Notes: a model not told the origin generated them from the sequence alone. 64,000 nt of DNA from an uncultured Desulfurococcales archaeon (GCA_964519505.1 CAZFJX010000006.1:29899-93898); one strand, 5' to 3'. Positions 1 through 10,234 are shown, counted from the first letter of the stretch. Made by a program: numbers and translations.

Positions 1-1033
1 TATAGTTCCATGGCCTCACTTCGTTAGGGAGTTAGGTGAGAAAGGGTTGTTGGCTGACGTTACTGACATAGTTAATAAGATTAAAGGTGACTTAATCTCT
101 CAGTATTTCGTTGAGTCAGTAAAGACCGGCGGGAAGTATTATGCCGTACCTATAAAGATGTGGGTTAAGGGTCTATGGGTTAATAAGGAGGCTTTAGCTA
201 AGGCAGGCCTATCGTTAGATGACATAAAGACCTTAGAAGGCTTTAAGGCAGCCTGTAAGGCACTTAAGGACGCAGGTATTCAGCCTTTAGTTAGTGGTGC
301 TGCTGATAAATGGCCGCTATCAGACACCTTTGAGGCATTCATAATAAGGCTAGGTGGTCCCGACCTACATCAGGCAATGACTCACGACCCGGAAGCTTGG
401 AAGAGACCTGAGGTTAAGGAGGCGTTTAAGTTACTAGCTGAGCTACTTAAGGAGGGTTGCTGGGGCGATCCTAAGGTAGCCATTGGTGAGAAGTGGGAGG
501 CTCAAGTACCTAAGCTAGCTGAAGGAGAGGCCGCCATGTACTTCATGGGTAACTGGATAACCTTGTTCATACAGACTCACGCTAAGGAGAAGGGTGTTGA
601 CCCATCAGAATACCTTAGCAAAGTCGTCTACGTACTACCGCCAGAGATTAAGCCAGGGCTTAAGCCAGGTGTTGTAGGTGGTGGTGACTGGGCTATAATG
701 CCGGCTAAAGCGCCACATCCTGAGCGGGCTAAGAAGTTAATGGAGTGGTTAGCAGGTCCTGAATATCAGGAGTTAATGGTTAAGCGCGGTGGTTATCTAG
801 CAGTTAATGTGAAGGTACCTAAGGAGGCATATACACCAGCTGACTATAGCGTTATAGAGACTATTAAGACCTATGGAGCCGAGATCCTACCAGACCTTGA
901 TGACAACATAGTGCCTTCAGCATTACAGCTAGAGATCTGGAACTCCCTATTCGAGCTATGGGGTAACCCAGACAACTGGGAGGACATCTATAACAGGTTA
1001 GTATCAACTATTGAGACACAGATGAAGGGCTAA
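1..1033 (+). CDS. ABC transporter extracellular sugar-binding protein (solute-binding family 1), 5' truncated by window edge
   Basis: The frame is open from nt 2 (IVPWPHFVRELGEKGLLADV...), so the TTG at 47 is not the true start. Composition and motifs (WVNKEALAKAGL, AMYFMGNW, GGGDWAIM) are typical of CUT1 sugar-binding proteins. Two permease genes follow. Confidence 0.8.
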   Translation, partial: IVPWPHFVRELGEKGLLADVTDIVNKIKGDLISQYFVESVKTGGKYYAVPIKMWVKGLWVNKEALAKAGLSLDDIKTLEGFKAACKALKDAGIQPLVSGAADKWPLSDTFEAFIIRLGGPDLHQAMTHDPEAWKRPEVKEAFKLLAELLKEGCWGDPKVAIGEKWEAQVPKLAEGEAAMYFMGNWITLFIQTHAKEKGVDPSEYLSKVVYVLPPEIKPGLKPGVVGGGDWAIMPAKAPHPERAKKLMEWLAGPEYQELMVKRGGYLAVNVKVPKEAYTPADYSVIETIKTYGAEILPDLDDNIVPSALQLEIWNSLFELWGNPDNWEDIYNRLVSTIETQMKG

Positions 1034-1045
1034 GGGTAACGAGGT

Positions 1046-1906
1046 ATGTATCAAAGCCCAACACTAAAGTATTTTCTTTTTCCTGCATTTATACTCATGG
1101 GCATATTCGTAGTCTACCCCGTAATATTCACCGTAATACTTAGCTTCTATACTGAGGTAACTACGGAGGGTCAGGTCTATACAATATTCATAGGTCTCAG
1201 TAATTACATTAAAGCGTTTAATGATCCAAGGTTTTGGATTGCCTTCAAGAACAGCTTAATCTTACTGCTTATAGTGCCCTTAGCTATGGGTATAGGGCTG
1301 GGTTTCGCGTTATTACTACATAGGAAGGACATAATCGGTAAAACCATATTAAGAACCTTAGTCATGGCTGGCATGGTAGTACCCCCTGTTATTGTCGGTA
1401 TAACATGGCTGTTGGCGTTAGATCCTTGGGCAGGTATTTATAATAAGTTACTCCAGCTCTTAGGATTCCCGCCTAGGGCTTACTTATATGATCCTGAAAC
1501 CTCAATATATGCAGTTGTTTTAGCGGCTACCTGGGCTTGGGTAGGTTTCACAACAACAACATTCATAGCTAATTTAGAGGCCATACCTAAGGAACTATAT
1601 GAGAGTGCAGCAATAGATGGCGCAGGTCCCGTAAAGATGTTCTTAACCATAACGTTACCGCTTCTTAGACCTTCACTCATAGTTAACTTCGTTATGACAA
1701 TGCTCTATGCCCTAAAGCTATTCGACATAATCTACGTACTCGGTGCCGAATCCCCACCACTTCATACAGCACCGCTAGCTTACTACATGTACTACGTTAT
1801 GTGGTTTAGATATGACTACTGCTATGCTGCTACGTTAGCGGTCATACTAACGGCCATAGTACTTCTCGCATCATTCTGGTACTTAAGGAAGATGGTGAAA
1901 TTATGA
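1046..1906 (+). CDS. ABC sugar transporter permease (MalF/UgpA-type)
   Basis: Six predicted TM segments. The EAA-loop region (LYESAAIDGAGPVKMFLTITLPLLRP) is typical of binding-protein-dependent inner-membrane components. Confidence 0.85.
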   Translation: MYQSPTLKYFLFPAFILMGIFVVYPVIFTVILSFYTEVTTEGQVYTIFIGLSNYIKAFNDPRFWIAFKNSLILLLIVPLAMGIGLGFALLLHRKDIIGKTILRTLVMAGMVVPPVIVGITWLLALDPWAGIYNKLLQLLGFPPRAYLYDPETSIYAVVLAATWAWVGFTTTTFIANLEAIPKELYESAAIDGAGPVKMFLTITLPLLRPSLIVNFVMTMLYALKLFDIIYVLGAESPPLHTAPLAYYMYYVMWFRYDYCYAATLAVILTAIVLLASFWYLRKMVKL

Positions 1907-2709
1907 AAGTGTCAACCATAATACTCAACATAGTTGCTTGGGCTTTAGTCCTGTTTTGGGCTCTACCATTCATAGGGTTAATAGCTTCATCATTCCAGAC
2001 ATTCGAAAGCGTTACTAAAGGTTGGTGGACATTTAGCTCATTAACACTCAATAATTATATCTACGTAGTGACTAAGGGGTTCTTAAGGCATATAGGTAAC
2101 AGCGTAGTAATTACTATAGGCTCAGTGATAATACCCTTAATAGTTGCTGGCATGGCCGCATACGCATTCTCTAGGCTGAGCTTTAAGTTAAAGACAATGC
2201 TATTCTTAGTGATTGTTGCTTTACAGGTTATACCTCAGCAAATGGTTCTAGTACCACTACTTAAGTTAATGAGGCTTACACACTTATATAATACTATAAT
2301 TGGGATAATACTCGTACATTCAGCTTTCGCTACACCATGGATACTCTTCTTCCTAAAGAACTTCGTTGATGTAATACCTAGAGATTATGAAGATGCGGCT
2401 AAGGTTGATGGTTCAAGCGATATAGATGTGTTCTTCAGGATAATACTACCGTTAATGGCACCAGCATTGGGTAGCGTAGCGGCCATTCAAGCCATATGGG
2501 CTTGGAACGACCTACTATTTGCAATAACGTTCTTAATGCCTGAAAATTGGCCATCAACAGCCGCAGTAACGACCTTCGTCTCCAGGTATAATCCTAACTG
2601 GGGTGCCTTAACATCAGCGTCGCTACTATCTATCTTGGTACCGATAACGCTGTACATATGCCTTCAGAAATACTACGTTAGGGGTCTTTCAGGAGGCCTT
2701 AAGGCTTAA
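1903..2709 (+). CDS. ABC sugar transporter permease (MalG/UgpE-type)
   Basis: ATGA overlap with the upstream permease. EAA loop DYEDAAKVDGSSDIDVFFRIILPLMAPAL. Polytopic membrane protein. Confidence 0.85.
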   Translation: MKVSTIILNIVAWALVLFWALPFIGLIASSFQTFESVTKGWWTFSSLTLNNYIYVVTKGFLRHIGNSVVITIGSVIIPLIVAGMAAYAFSRLSFKLKTMLFLVIVALQVIPQQMVLVPLLKLMRLTHLYNTIIGIILVHSAFATPWILFFLKNFVDVIPRDYEDAAKVDGSSDIDVFFRIILPLMAPALGSVAAIQAIWAWNDLLFAITFLMPENWPSTAAVTTFVSRYNPNWGALTSASLLSILVPITLYICLQKYYVRGLSGGLKA

Positions 2710-2778
2710 GGTACTTATTTTTAACATATAAACTGCATTAATTCATAAAAACAACTTAACCGTAAATACCCTTAGCCT

Positions 2779-3942
2779 ATGTTATTACGTGTAAGGTGTG
2801 TAAAGTTGAAATTAATGATCATCCATCCACACCTAAACGTTCTTGGCGGTAGTGAGATCCTCACGAGGATTCTAATATATGAGCTTGAGGCGTTAGGTAA
2901 TGAGGTCATAGTACTAACAGGAGCTAGAAATGAGGAGGCATTCCCTGAGACCAGTAAGGTTAAGTATGCATTAATTAAGGACGTCGCAAGGGGTCTTAAG
3001 ACTCGAGGTAATGAGTTATTACGTAGGTTAACAAACATACTTTACTCCATAGACGAAGTTCTTAAGAAAGAAGAACCCGAAACAGTATTGCTCATGATTC
3101 AGGAACCAATATATGGGGTCCTTACCAAGGCTACTAACCCTAAAATGGGGGTCTCGATATACATACACTTCCCTTACGAGGAGGAGCTAACTAAGAAGAA
3201 TATAGAGATATTCCTTAAGCTATATAGATTTCCAGGACTTTATGAAAACTTATATAGAGTCATTGACCTACACATAACTAACTCCAACTACACAGCCTCA
3301 GTACTTTATAAGGACTTCGGTGTAGAGAGCAACATCGTTTACCCAGCAGTCCCTTGGGGGTTCTTTACCGAGGAGGTAGATATTAAGGAGAGTAGGAGTA
3401 ATGTGATAGTCAATGTTGGTAGGTTTGTGCCTCACAAGAGGCAGGACTTGCTGGTCAAGTGGTTTAAGGAGAGGATTAAGCCTGAGGTTAAGGATGCTAA
3501 GCTATATATCATAGGGATACCAGACCCTAGATTCATGGATTACTATGAGAGGTTAAAGAGCATGGTTGCTGAATGTGAGGGTGTTGAGTTAGTTGATAGG
3601 GCTTTAAGACCCGAGGAAATGGCTAAGTACCATAGAGAGGCTAAGCTATATGTACATCTACGTATAGGTGAGCCATTTGGTATGGCGCCTGTTGAGGCAA
3701 TGAGTCAGGGGGCGATACCTATACTTCCGAGGAAGTCAGGACTTGCTGAGGTAATAGCCCATGGTAGAAACGGGTTCTTATTCAATACTGATGATGAGGC
3801 ATTAAACTACATAATTAGACTACTAAAGACACCTAACGAGGAGTTAGTTAAGATTAGGAAATCCGCCTACATTAAGTCACTATACTTCACGCCAGAAAGA
3901 TTCACTTTAGACGTACTTAACTACATGAAAATACTCACTTAA
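2779..3942 (+). CDS. Glycosyltransferase, GT4 (group 1) family
   Basis: N-terminal IIHPHLNVLGGSE and C-terminal GEPFGMAPVEAMSQGAIPI...GRNGFL (E-x7-E region) match the GT-B/GT4 signature. The true start is probably the TTG near 2806 or the ATG at 2815 (MKLMIIHP / MIIHP). Confidence 0.8.
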   Translation: MLLRVRCVKLKLMIIHPHLNVLGGSEILTRILIYELEALGNEVIVLTGARNEEAFPETSKVKYALIKDVARGLKTRGNELLRRLTNILYSIDEVLKKEEPETVLLMIQEPIYGVLTKATNPKMGVSIYIHFPYEEELTKKNIEIFLKLYRFPGLYENLYRVIDLHITNSNYTASVLYKDFGVESNIVYPAVPWGFFTEEVDIKESRSNVIVNVGRFVPHKRQDLLVKWFKERIKPEVKDAKLYIIGIPDPRFMDYYERLKSMVAECEGVELVDRALRPEEMAKYHREAKLYVHLRIGEPFGMAPVEAMSQGAIPILPRKSGLAEVIAHGRNGFLFNTDDEALNYIIRLLKTPNEELVKIRKSAYIKSLYFTPERFTLDVLNYMKILT

Positions 3943-4967
3943 ATGAGTTCACTGATACATTTTTTAAGGTATTCACCAGCTTTCTCAGGACTTACTGGGA
4001 TTATGTAGGTACCCGAACCCTTCTCAAAGCCTCCCCACGTAGTTAATATAGGTGATATCTCTATATGCCAGTGATATACGTAATCATCACTTTTGCTTAA
4101 CTTCTTAGGTGACGTATGTAACCATAAATTAAAGCTTGGATTGCCTAAGCACTTCTCGTAGGCCTTAAGGATTTTCTGTAACGCATCGACTAAGTAACGT
4201 ATCTCCTCATCAGTTATGTTAATGAATGAGCGTTCATGTTTCTTAGGCAATACCCAGACCTCGTAGGGGCTTCTAGGGGCTCTAGCGCTAAGGATTACGA
4301 ATCTTTCATTACTATAAATGAATCTGGAGCTGCATAAGTCCTTACTAATTAATTCGCAGTAAGGGCACCTACCGTAGTCTTTGTAGTATTTAGTTGAGTA
4401 GGTAATCTCCTCAACTACATACGGCAATGGGAAGGATGTAGCAAAGAACTGCATATGTGGGTGCTCTAGGCTAGCACCACTCAATGGTCCGTAATTCTTA
4501 ATCAGTATTACGTGGTTTATTTTAGGATCCTTAAGTATGTCAGTAAACCTCTTAACTATAGCCTTAAACACAAGTACGTATTGGTTTAAGTCTTTAACGT
4601 AAGGTAAGTCAATGTGTTCTGGGGTTTCAACTATAACCTCGTGGTAACCGTAATTTAGCGATGTACCTAGTGTTGTGAGTGCAGGATACTTATTAGGGAA
4701 TATCCTAACCTTCCAATCACGTACTCTTTCATTATTACTGTCCTTAAGATAAAGTACTTCACGACCAACAAGCTTGACGACTAATGTGGCTGGCGGTGTC
4801 TTAAACTCATTACCGGGGCAGAAGGGACATTCAGACAGTGGAGTCTTACGAACTGTCTTGCCGTACTTGAACTCCTTAGGCCTTAATCCCCTAACCTTAG
4901 AGATTATGCTTATCCTTGATGGCACTATGAAGTCCTTCCTAACCTCAATAAGCTCATTAATGCCCAT
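3939..4967 (-). CDS. galT: Galactose-1-phosphate uridylyltransferase-like (GalT/HIT branch) nucleotidyltransferase
   Basis: Zn-knuckle CPFCPGNE, active-site HxHxQ (LEHPHMQFF), second half-domain CPYCE...HWH. Its stop overlaps the GT4 stop convergently (TTAA). Confidence 0.75.
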   Translation of the reverse strand: MGINELIEVRKDFIVPSRISIISKVRGLRPKEFKYGKTVRKTPLSECPFCPGNEFKTPPATLVVKLVGREVLYLKDSNNERVRDWKVRIFPNKYPALTTLGTSLNYGYHEVIVETPEHIDLPYVKDLNQYVLVFKAIVKRFTDILKDPKINHVILIKNYGPLSGASLEHPHMQFFATSFPLPYVVEEITYSTKYYKDYGRCPYCELISKDLCSSRFIYSNERFVILSARAPRSPYEVWVLPKKHERSFINITDEEIRYLVDALQKILKAYEKCLGNPSFNLWLHTSPKKLSKSDDYVYHWHIEISPILTTWGGFEKGSGTYIIPVSPEKAGEYLKKCISELI

Positions 4968-5002
4968 ACCACTTACCCTCCAAGATAGTGCTACATCCTA
5001 AA

Positions 5003-5542
5003 TTAAAAAGTAAGCCTAATTCCGTGCTTATAAGCGTAGTACAGTAAGGCAATCAGCGTCTTACCATCAGCTACTTCCTCACTTAATACCCTATTTAGAG
5101 CTTCATTATAGTCCATTACGATTACATTGATTAACTCATCCTCCTCTCTCTTAGCACCTATGTAAGTTAAGTCCCTAGCTTCAAATATGTGAAGAATCTC
5201 GTTACTATATCCTGGCGATGGGTATATGGTGATTAATTTAATTAGTCTGCCCGGCCTATATCCCGTCTCCTCAATCATTTCTCTAACCGCAGTCTCTTCA
5301 GGTGACTCGCTCTCCTCGACCTTACCAGCAGGTATTTCATATATCCATTTATTAATGGCCACCCTATACTGCCTCAGCATAATGATCTTACCATCATTAG
5401 TGAAGGGGAGTATGGCCACAGCATTACCGAAATCAACAACTTCACCAGTATGCTGTGAGCCATTAATCCTATAGAGAACCTTTAGCACATTGAATCTGCG
5501 CCCGGTATAGACCTTTTTGGGGTTAGACACCACCATAAGCAC
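5003..5542 (-). CDS. NUDIX hydrolase (ADP-ribose pyrophosphatase-like)
   Basis: Nudix box GKVEESESPEETAVREMIEETG (GX5EX7REUXEEXGU). Confidence 0.85.
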   Translation of the reverse strand: MLMVVSNPKKVYTGRRFNVLKVLYRINGSQHTGEVVDFGNAVAILPFTNDGKIIMLRQYRVAINKWIYEIPAGKVEESESPEETAVREMIEETGYRPGRLIKLITIYPSPGYSNEILHIFEARDLTYIGAKREEDELINVIVMDYNEALNRVLSEEVADGKTLIALLYYAYKHGIRLTF

Positions 5543-5580
5543 CTAAATAAATACTTAAGGGTGAGGATTAAGTAGGTTGT

Positions 5581-6237
5581 TTAGACCTTTCTCATTAAAT
5601 CAAGTAAGTAGGGATTATTAATCTTCTCCATGCCTAATGTTGTCCTGTCGCCATGCCCGGGATATACAATTACATCATTAGGTAGTTCCATTAACTTGAG
5701 TAAGCTCTTAACCATATCCGTAGGTGAACTCTCAAGGAAATCAGTCCTACCTATAGTACCTTTAAATAATGTATCACCAGTAAATAACCACTTAAAGTTC
5801 TTGAAGAAAAATGACACAGACCCTCTGGTATGACCGGGGGTACATATGACCTTTACTTCAATACCTAACCCCTCAATAGCCATTACTAAATCCTTACTTA
5901 ATACAACGTCTATTTCAGGGTCCTTCCACTTAACATTAAAGTATCTCGATATATCTCTAGAAGTGCTTAATAATTGTATGTCAGCCTCATGCATAACTAT
6001 CTTAGCGTTAGTAATTTCCTTAATGAACTGGGCATCGCTAACATGGTCAAAATGACCATGCGTTATGAATATATACTTTACCTTAATACCTTCTCTATCG
6101 ATGTAATAGAGAACTCTGTCTAAGGATCCGGGACCTGCATCTATTAATATGGAATTACCTCTTAAGTCCATAACCATGTATACATTAGTCTTTAGAGGAC
6201 CAACCACGAACCGTCTTAGCATTAATGACATTGCCAC
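5581..6237 (-). CDS. Metallo-beta-lactamase fold hydrolase (glyoxalase II-like)
   Basis: HxHxDH motif (ITHGHFDHV), downstream TPGHTRGS and GDTLF...GRTD, typical of the hydroxyacylglutathione hydrolase subgroup. Confidence 0.8.
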   Translation of the reverse strand: MAMSLMLRRFVVGPLKTNVYMVMDLRGNSILIDAGPGSLDRVLYYIDREGIKVKYIFITHGHFDHVSDAQFIKEITNAKIVMHEADIQLLSTSRDISRYFNVKWKDPEIDVVLSKDLVMAIEGLGIEVKVICTPGHTRGSVSFFFKNFKWLFTGDTLFKGTIGRTDFLESSPTDMVKSLLKLMELPNDVIVYPGHGDRTTLGMEKINNPYLLDLMRKV

Positions 6238-6239
6238 AC

Positions 6240-6563
6240 CTACTTAAGGTGTTCTCTACACTTACTTTTAATGTCACTTAACACTCCCCTAATTAACTCA
6301 ATCAATTTGTTCTTACTTAGTCCTACTACCCTAGTATTAGCTAACAGTCTACTTACTCTATCTATTAGTTCATCCACGTTTACTATCCTTAAACCTTTAA
6401 GGAAGTCTTCAAGCTGATCAATGACTTCGGGCGGTATCACGAAGAAGTCACCATTTATTAAGAACTCCTTAATTATGCATGTTTCACTGGCTTTAGCGAT
6501 TATTTCCACGTACTTCCCCTCAGGCTCCTTATAAAACTTAATTACTTCAATCAAGCATACCAC
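6240..6563 (-). CDS. Lipoate-protein ligase C-terminal (accessory) domain protein, LplB-like
   Basis: 107 aa. Abuts the catalytic-domain gene with no gap. INGDFFVIPPEVIDQLEDFLKG resembles the Lip_prot_lig_C domain (GDFF..P motif). Confidence 0.65.
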   Translation of the reverse strand: MVCLIEVIKFYKEPEGKYVEIIAKASETCIIKEFLINGDFFVIPPEVIDQLEDFLKGLRIVNVDELIDRVSRLLANTRVVGLSKNKLIELIRGVLSDIKSKCREHLK

Positions 6564-7325
6564 CTAAGGCCTTAAGAACTTCCATTTACCTGACATATAC
6601 TTATACCTTAATGATTTAGCTAAATCAAGTTCTAGAGGTGTTAGTGATGTCTCCACTAACTTTATACCTAAGGCCTTACTGAAGCCCTTCTTTAAAGCCT
6701 CTATAGCCTCCTCCTTACTTACCTTCCTACCTATGGACTCTGAGATTGTAATTACTCTACTTCTAATATTGACTACACCTTTAGTCTTTAACTTAGCTAG
6801 TGGCACTTGAAGGACTTTAGAAAGTAGGTCTAGGTCGGTATCATACATGAACGTACCATGCTGTAATACGGTCCCAAACTTTATTGTCATAGCTTGACCA
6901 GAGAACTTCCTACCACCGATAACTACGTCATTAAGTGGTACGAACTCAGCATCAGCTCCTAGGTACTTAGCTGCTTCAACAACTCCACGTGTGATTACCC
7001 TAAATATCTCTTCAGGTTCCTTAGGTAAGTTTTCGACCTTAGTAATAAATGCGTAAGTTATTTCTCCGTTCTCATCATGGTATACGGAACCACCACCAGT
7101 GATTCTCCTAGTGAAGTCAATGTCCCTCTCCTTAACTAGCTCAAGGTTTAAACACCTAGATACGCTTTGGAAGTAACCTATGGTTATGGCTGATGGCTTA
7201 ATAACGTATAGCCTTAATGTATCGGGTATTAAGTCCTTTGATCTAAGGTAAAGTAGTGCTTCATCAATAGCCATTTGTAAGTAAACATCACCCTCAATGA
7301 ATACATACCTAACCTCCTTAACCAT
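6564..7325 (-). CDS. lplA: Lipoate-protein ligase A, catalytic (BPL/LPL) domain only
   Basis: RRITGGGSVYHD, GRKFSGQA (lipoyl-AMP-binding lysine context) and HGTFMYDTDL are LplA family signatures. At 253 aa it lacks the C-terminal domain. Confidence 0.8.
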   Translation of the reverse strand: MVKEVRYVFIEGDVYLQMAIDEALLYLRSKDLIPDTLRLYVIKPSAITIGYFQSVSRCLNLELVKERDIDFTRRITGGGSVYHDENGEITYAFITKVENLPKEPEEIFRVITRGVVEAAKYLGADAEFVPLNDVVIGGRKFSGQAMTIKFGTVLQHGTFMYDTDLDLLSKVLQVPLAKLKTKGVVNIRSRVITISESIGRKVSKEEAIEALKKGFSKALGIKLVETSLTPLELDLAKSLRYKYMSGKWKFLRP

Positions 7326-7392
7326 AAGTAGGTCACCCCACTAACTATCTCGAGGTTAAGTATAAAACATGTTCTAACATAGTAAGTAACAA

Positions 7393-8610
7393 TTATCTCT
7401 TCTTAAGCAGTAGGAACATTATTACCAAATACATAACTGATAATATGAGGAAAGCCATGCCGTCTAAGGCGACTTCAGTCACGATTAACTCCAGCCTTAA
7501 ACCTCTAAATAACTCATATAAGTAACCAGCAATTACTGGGTACGTAGCTACGGACACATTACCCACCATATTGATGAAACCTATAGCTAAACCCTTCTTA
7601 CGCTTAACGTAATTAAGGATTAAGCTTCTGGATAGAGGCATGATGGACTTATTAACTGCAAGCACCATGCCTATGGAGATTATGAGTATAGGTGTAGGTA
7701 TCTTCATTGTTATTAGAAGTAAGGCTATGGCAGATATGAACGCTATTATAGGTAATGACCTCTTCATACCGAAGACATCAGTTATATGTGCTAGGAGGAA
7801 GCTAACAGCTAGGCCTATGATTGTTGAGTAAGACAGTATTTCACCTAAGAAACCCTTACTAAGTCCGTGATATTCATAGGTAAATATATATAGGAACTCA
7901 CGTAGAGTTCCCATGGTAAAGCCTGCAGCTACAGTGATAAGGATTATTAAGGCTACTCCATATAGAGATGACTCATTGATTACCCTCCTCGGTTTATCCA
8001 TACTTGCATTACGTACCTGTTCAACACTGCCCAAACCTTTAGCTATGATTAAGGAGATGAATAAAGGTGTTAATGATACTATATAAAGCATACTTGAGTA
8101 TGTAAGTACTAGCTTTAAATTCTCACTATACATAAGACTGTAGAGGTAAAAGCCTAAGGCGATACCCACATCACCTGATGAGAAATACAGGGCAAATACC
8201 CTAGACCTTATCTTAGGGGGTGATAACTCACCAACGATCAGCTGTACTATAGGCCATGACATACCAGCAAATAGTCCTTGGATAATCCTAAGTAAAGCAA
8301 AATTAGCCCAACTACTGCATAGTGAGTAAAGAAATATAATAGCCCCGACGCCGTAAAGACCAAAAATAAGACACTCTTTCTTTCTAATGTAATCACTTAT
8401 GAACCCGGCTATGAGTGAGGATGAGGCTCTACCAATCATGAATGCCGTAGTTAGTAACGTCACTTCAACGACGTTAGCCTTAAGAACTTCATAGATGAAG
8501 AAAGTTATAAAAGGTCTAATCAGCGTTGTAACTAAGCATGTAAGTATCACAGTGATTATAATTAGACCTAAGAATAGGATAAAACTCTTGCTTAAGTGGT
8601 GGGTACTCAA
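7393..8610 (-). CDS. MFS transporter
   Basis: About 12 TM helices. MFS loop 2-3-like motif GFISDYIRKKE. 4-nt overlap with the upstream MscS gene. Confidence 0.75.
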   Translation of the reverse strand: MSTHHLSKSFILFLGLIIITVILTCLVTTLIRPFITFFIYEVLKANVVEVTLLTTAFMIGRASSSLIAGFISDYIRKKECLIFGLYGVGAIIFLYSLCSSWANFALLRIIQGLFAGMSWPIVQLIVGELSPPKIRSRVFALYFSSGDVGIALGFYLYSLMYSENLKLVLTYSSMLYIVSLTPLFISLIIAKGLGSVEQVRNASMDKPRRVINESSLYGVALIILITVAAGFTMGTLREFLYIFTYEYHGLSKGFLGEILSYSTIIGLAVSFLLAHITDVFGMKRSLPIIAFISAIALLLITMKIPTPILIISIGMVLAVNKSIMPLSRSLILNYVKRKKGLAIGFINMVGNVSVATYPVIAGYLYELFRGLRLELIVTEVALDGMAFLILSVMYLVIMFLLLKKR

Positions 8611-9494
8611 CCCTCAACTCCTTCCTTTATATTTAATGGTGTTCTAAACCAAACTACTCTCTGCGGGAATGGTATCTCGATACCTTCTTGATCAAACCTT
8701 ACCTTAATGTCTTCAAGGAGCTCTCTCCTAACCTTTATCCATAGACTTGAAGGAGCCCAAACCAATGCCTTAATTATTACGGCATTATCACCAAATTCAT
8801 TAACCCATATAACGGGTTCTGGCTCAGCAAGTACGTATGGATGTTTATTAATCACTTCCTTAATCACCTTTACGGCTTTAGCTATATCTGAATTATAGGA
8901 TATACCTATGTCCAATTCAAACGCTTTAGCTACTGCTTTCGAGTAGTTAATTATGTTGCTAGTAAAGAACTTATCGTTAGGTATCCTAACTACCTCACCA
9001 GTTATTTTACGTACCTTAGACGAAAGCAGACCTATATCTATAACGTAACCTAACTGCTCCTCAAGCTGAACTAAGTCACCAATATTTACTGGTCTCTCAC
9101 TGAATATAAGAAGTCCAGCAAAGAAGTTCGATAATATGGGCTGTAAGGCTAGACCTACCACTAAACCCGTGATAGTGCCTCCAGCTAGTGCAGCACTACT
9201 TAGGTCAACACCAGCAACACCTAAGGCTATGAATACAGTTATTACAAAGAGGATTATGTATAAGAGCTTAGACGTAGCCGCAGCAACCGTTAGGGCATAA
9301 CCCCTTTCACGTAACTTAACGTGAATTAACTTCGTCACTTTCTTAGTGATTATGTAACCAATTATTAAGGTTATTATGGCTGGAATAACCCTAATGGCGA
9401 TATCAGCAACATACTCAGACATGAATAATTTCTGTAGGTTAGTCATTAACTCTTGAACGATATCGTTGAGTGTAACCATGCCTAAACACCCCAC
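8607..9494 (-). CDS. Small-conductance mechanosensitive channel (MscS family)
   Basis: Three N-terminal TM helices followed by the MscS beta-domain signature FSERPVNIGDLVQLEEQLGYVIDIGLLSSKVR...VRIPN. Confidence 0.8.
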   Translation of the reverse strand: MGCLGMVTLNDIVQELMTNLQKLFMSEYVADIAIRVIPAIITLIIGYIITKKVTKLIHVKLRERGYALTVAAATSKLLYIILFVITVFIALGVAGVDLSSAALAGGTITGLVVGLALQPILSNFFAGLLIFSERPVNIGDLVQLEEQLGYVIDIGLLSSKVRKITGEVVRIPNDKFFTSNIINYSKAVAKAFELDIGISYNSDIAKAVKVIKEVINKHPYVLAEPEPVIWVNEFGDNAVIIKALVWAPSSLWIKVRRELLEDIKVRFDQEGIEIPFPQRVVWFRTPLNIKEGVEG

Positions 9495-10234
9495 TCCATC
9501 CTAAATGAAACACTTTTCAAAGCACTCTTAGGTAATGTGGGTAATTCCTGAAGACCATTTATGGGGGGTTCATTACTTAACTCAATAACTGCCCTTAACT
9601 TAGATTTAATAATTACATGTATGATCTCAGTATAAGCTTCATGACCCCTAATGAATACCTTAGTATCAGTCATAGGAACAACTACTTTACTTACATCAAT
9701 CCATAATCCAGAGTCATTTTCTAGGCTAAGCGTGTATACTATCTCACCTAGAAGCACCTTATCAATAAACCTCCTAGGGTATACTTTAAAGTACTTAGCT
9801 AAGATACCGCCTGATATAGGTCCGTAAACCCCGTATTTAATGTTCTCATGTCTAACTATATCTATGAGACCGAACTTACCTCCTGAGATACCGTAAAACC
9901 CCATGCTTACGGGTACTTTAGCGTAAACTCTTATTGAAGAGCCTGGGGCTAGGCTTACTGACTCCTTAAACCTTAAGTACACGAATCTAGTTAGTACTTC
10001 ATCTTCCTTACCAACAGTGAATGGGTATAAAGCCACATCACCACCGCTAATTAGTACTTCACGCTTAAGAACACCTTCACTAAACCTCATATACCTCAAG
10101 ACCTTCTCAGAAATCTTCTTTAAAGTAACTTTAGACTCATGTATATTTATCTCTAGAGGCTCATGCCCTACATCTAGTATACCATACCTTACCTGCATGA
10201 GGAAGTTCAAACCCCCTAACTTAGTTATTGGCAC
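9482..10234 (-). CDS. Conserved hypothetical cytosolic protein, translationally coupled to MscS
   Basis: 250-aa ORF with protein-like composition. 13-nt overlap with the MscS start. No motif recognised. The start may be the internal MQVRYG (about 10198). Confidence 0.4.
   Translation of the reverse strand: MPITKLGGLNFLMQVRYGILDVGHEPLEINIHESKVTLKKISEKVLRYMRFSEGVLKREVLISGGDVALYPFTVGKEDEVLTRFVYLRFKESVSLAPGSSIRVYAKVPVSMGFYGISGGKFGLIDIVRHENIKYGVYGPISGGILAKYFKVYPRRFIDKVLLGEIVYTLSLENDSGLWIDVSKVVVPMTDTKVFIRGHEAYTEIIHVIIKSKLRAVIELSNEPPINGLQELPTLPKSALKSVSFRMEWGV

Noticed and set aside
10228-10234. Seven-nt overlap of two divergent start codons as a regulatory curiosity
   Set aside because: It is most simply explained by over-extended start calls. 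Downstream alternatives exist: MQVRYG at about 10198 on the minus strand and an ATG at about 10303 on the + strand.
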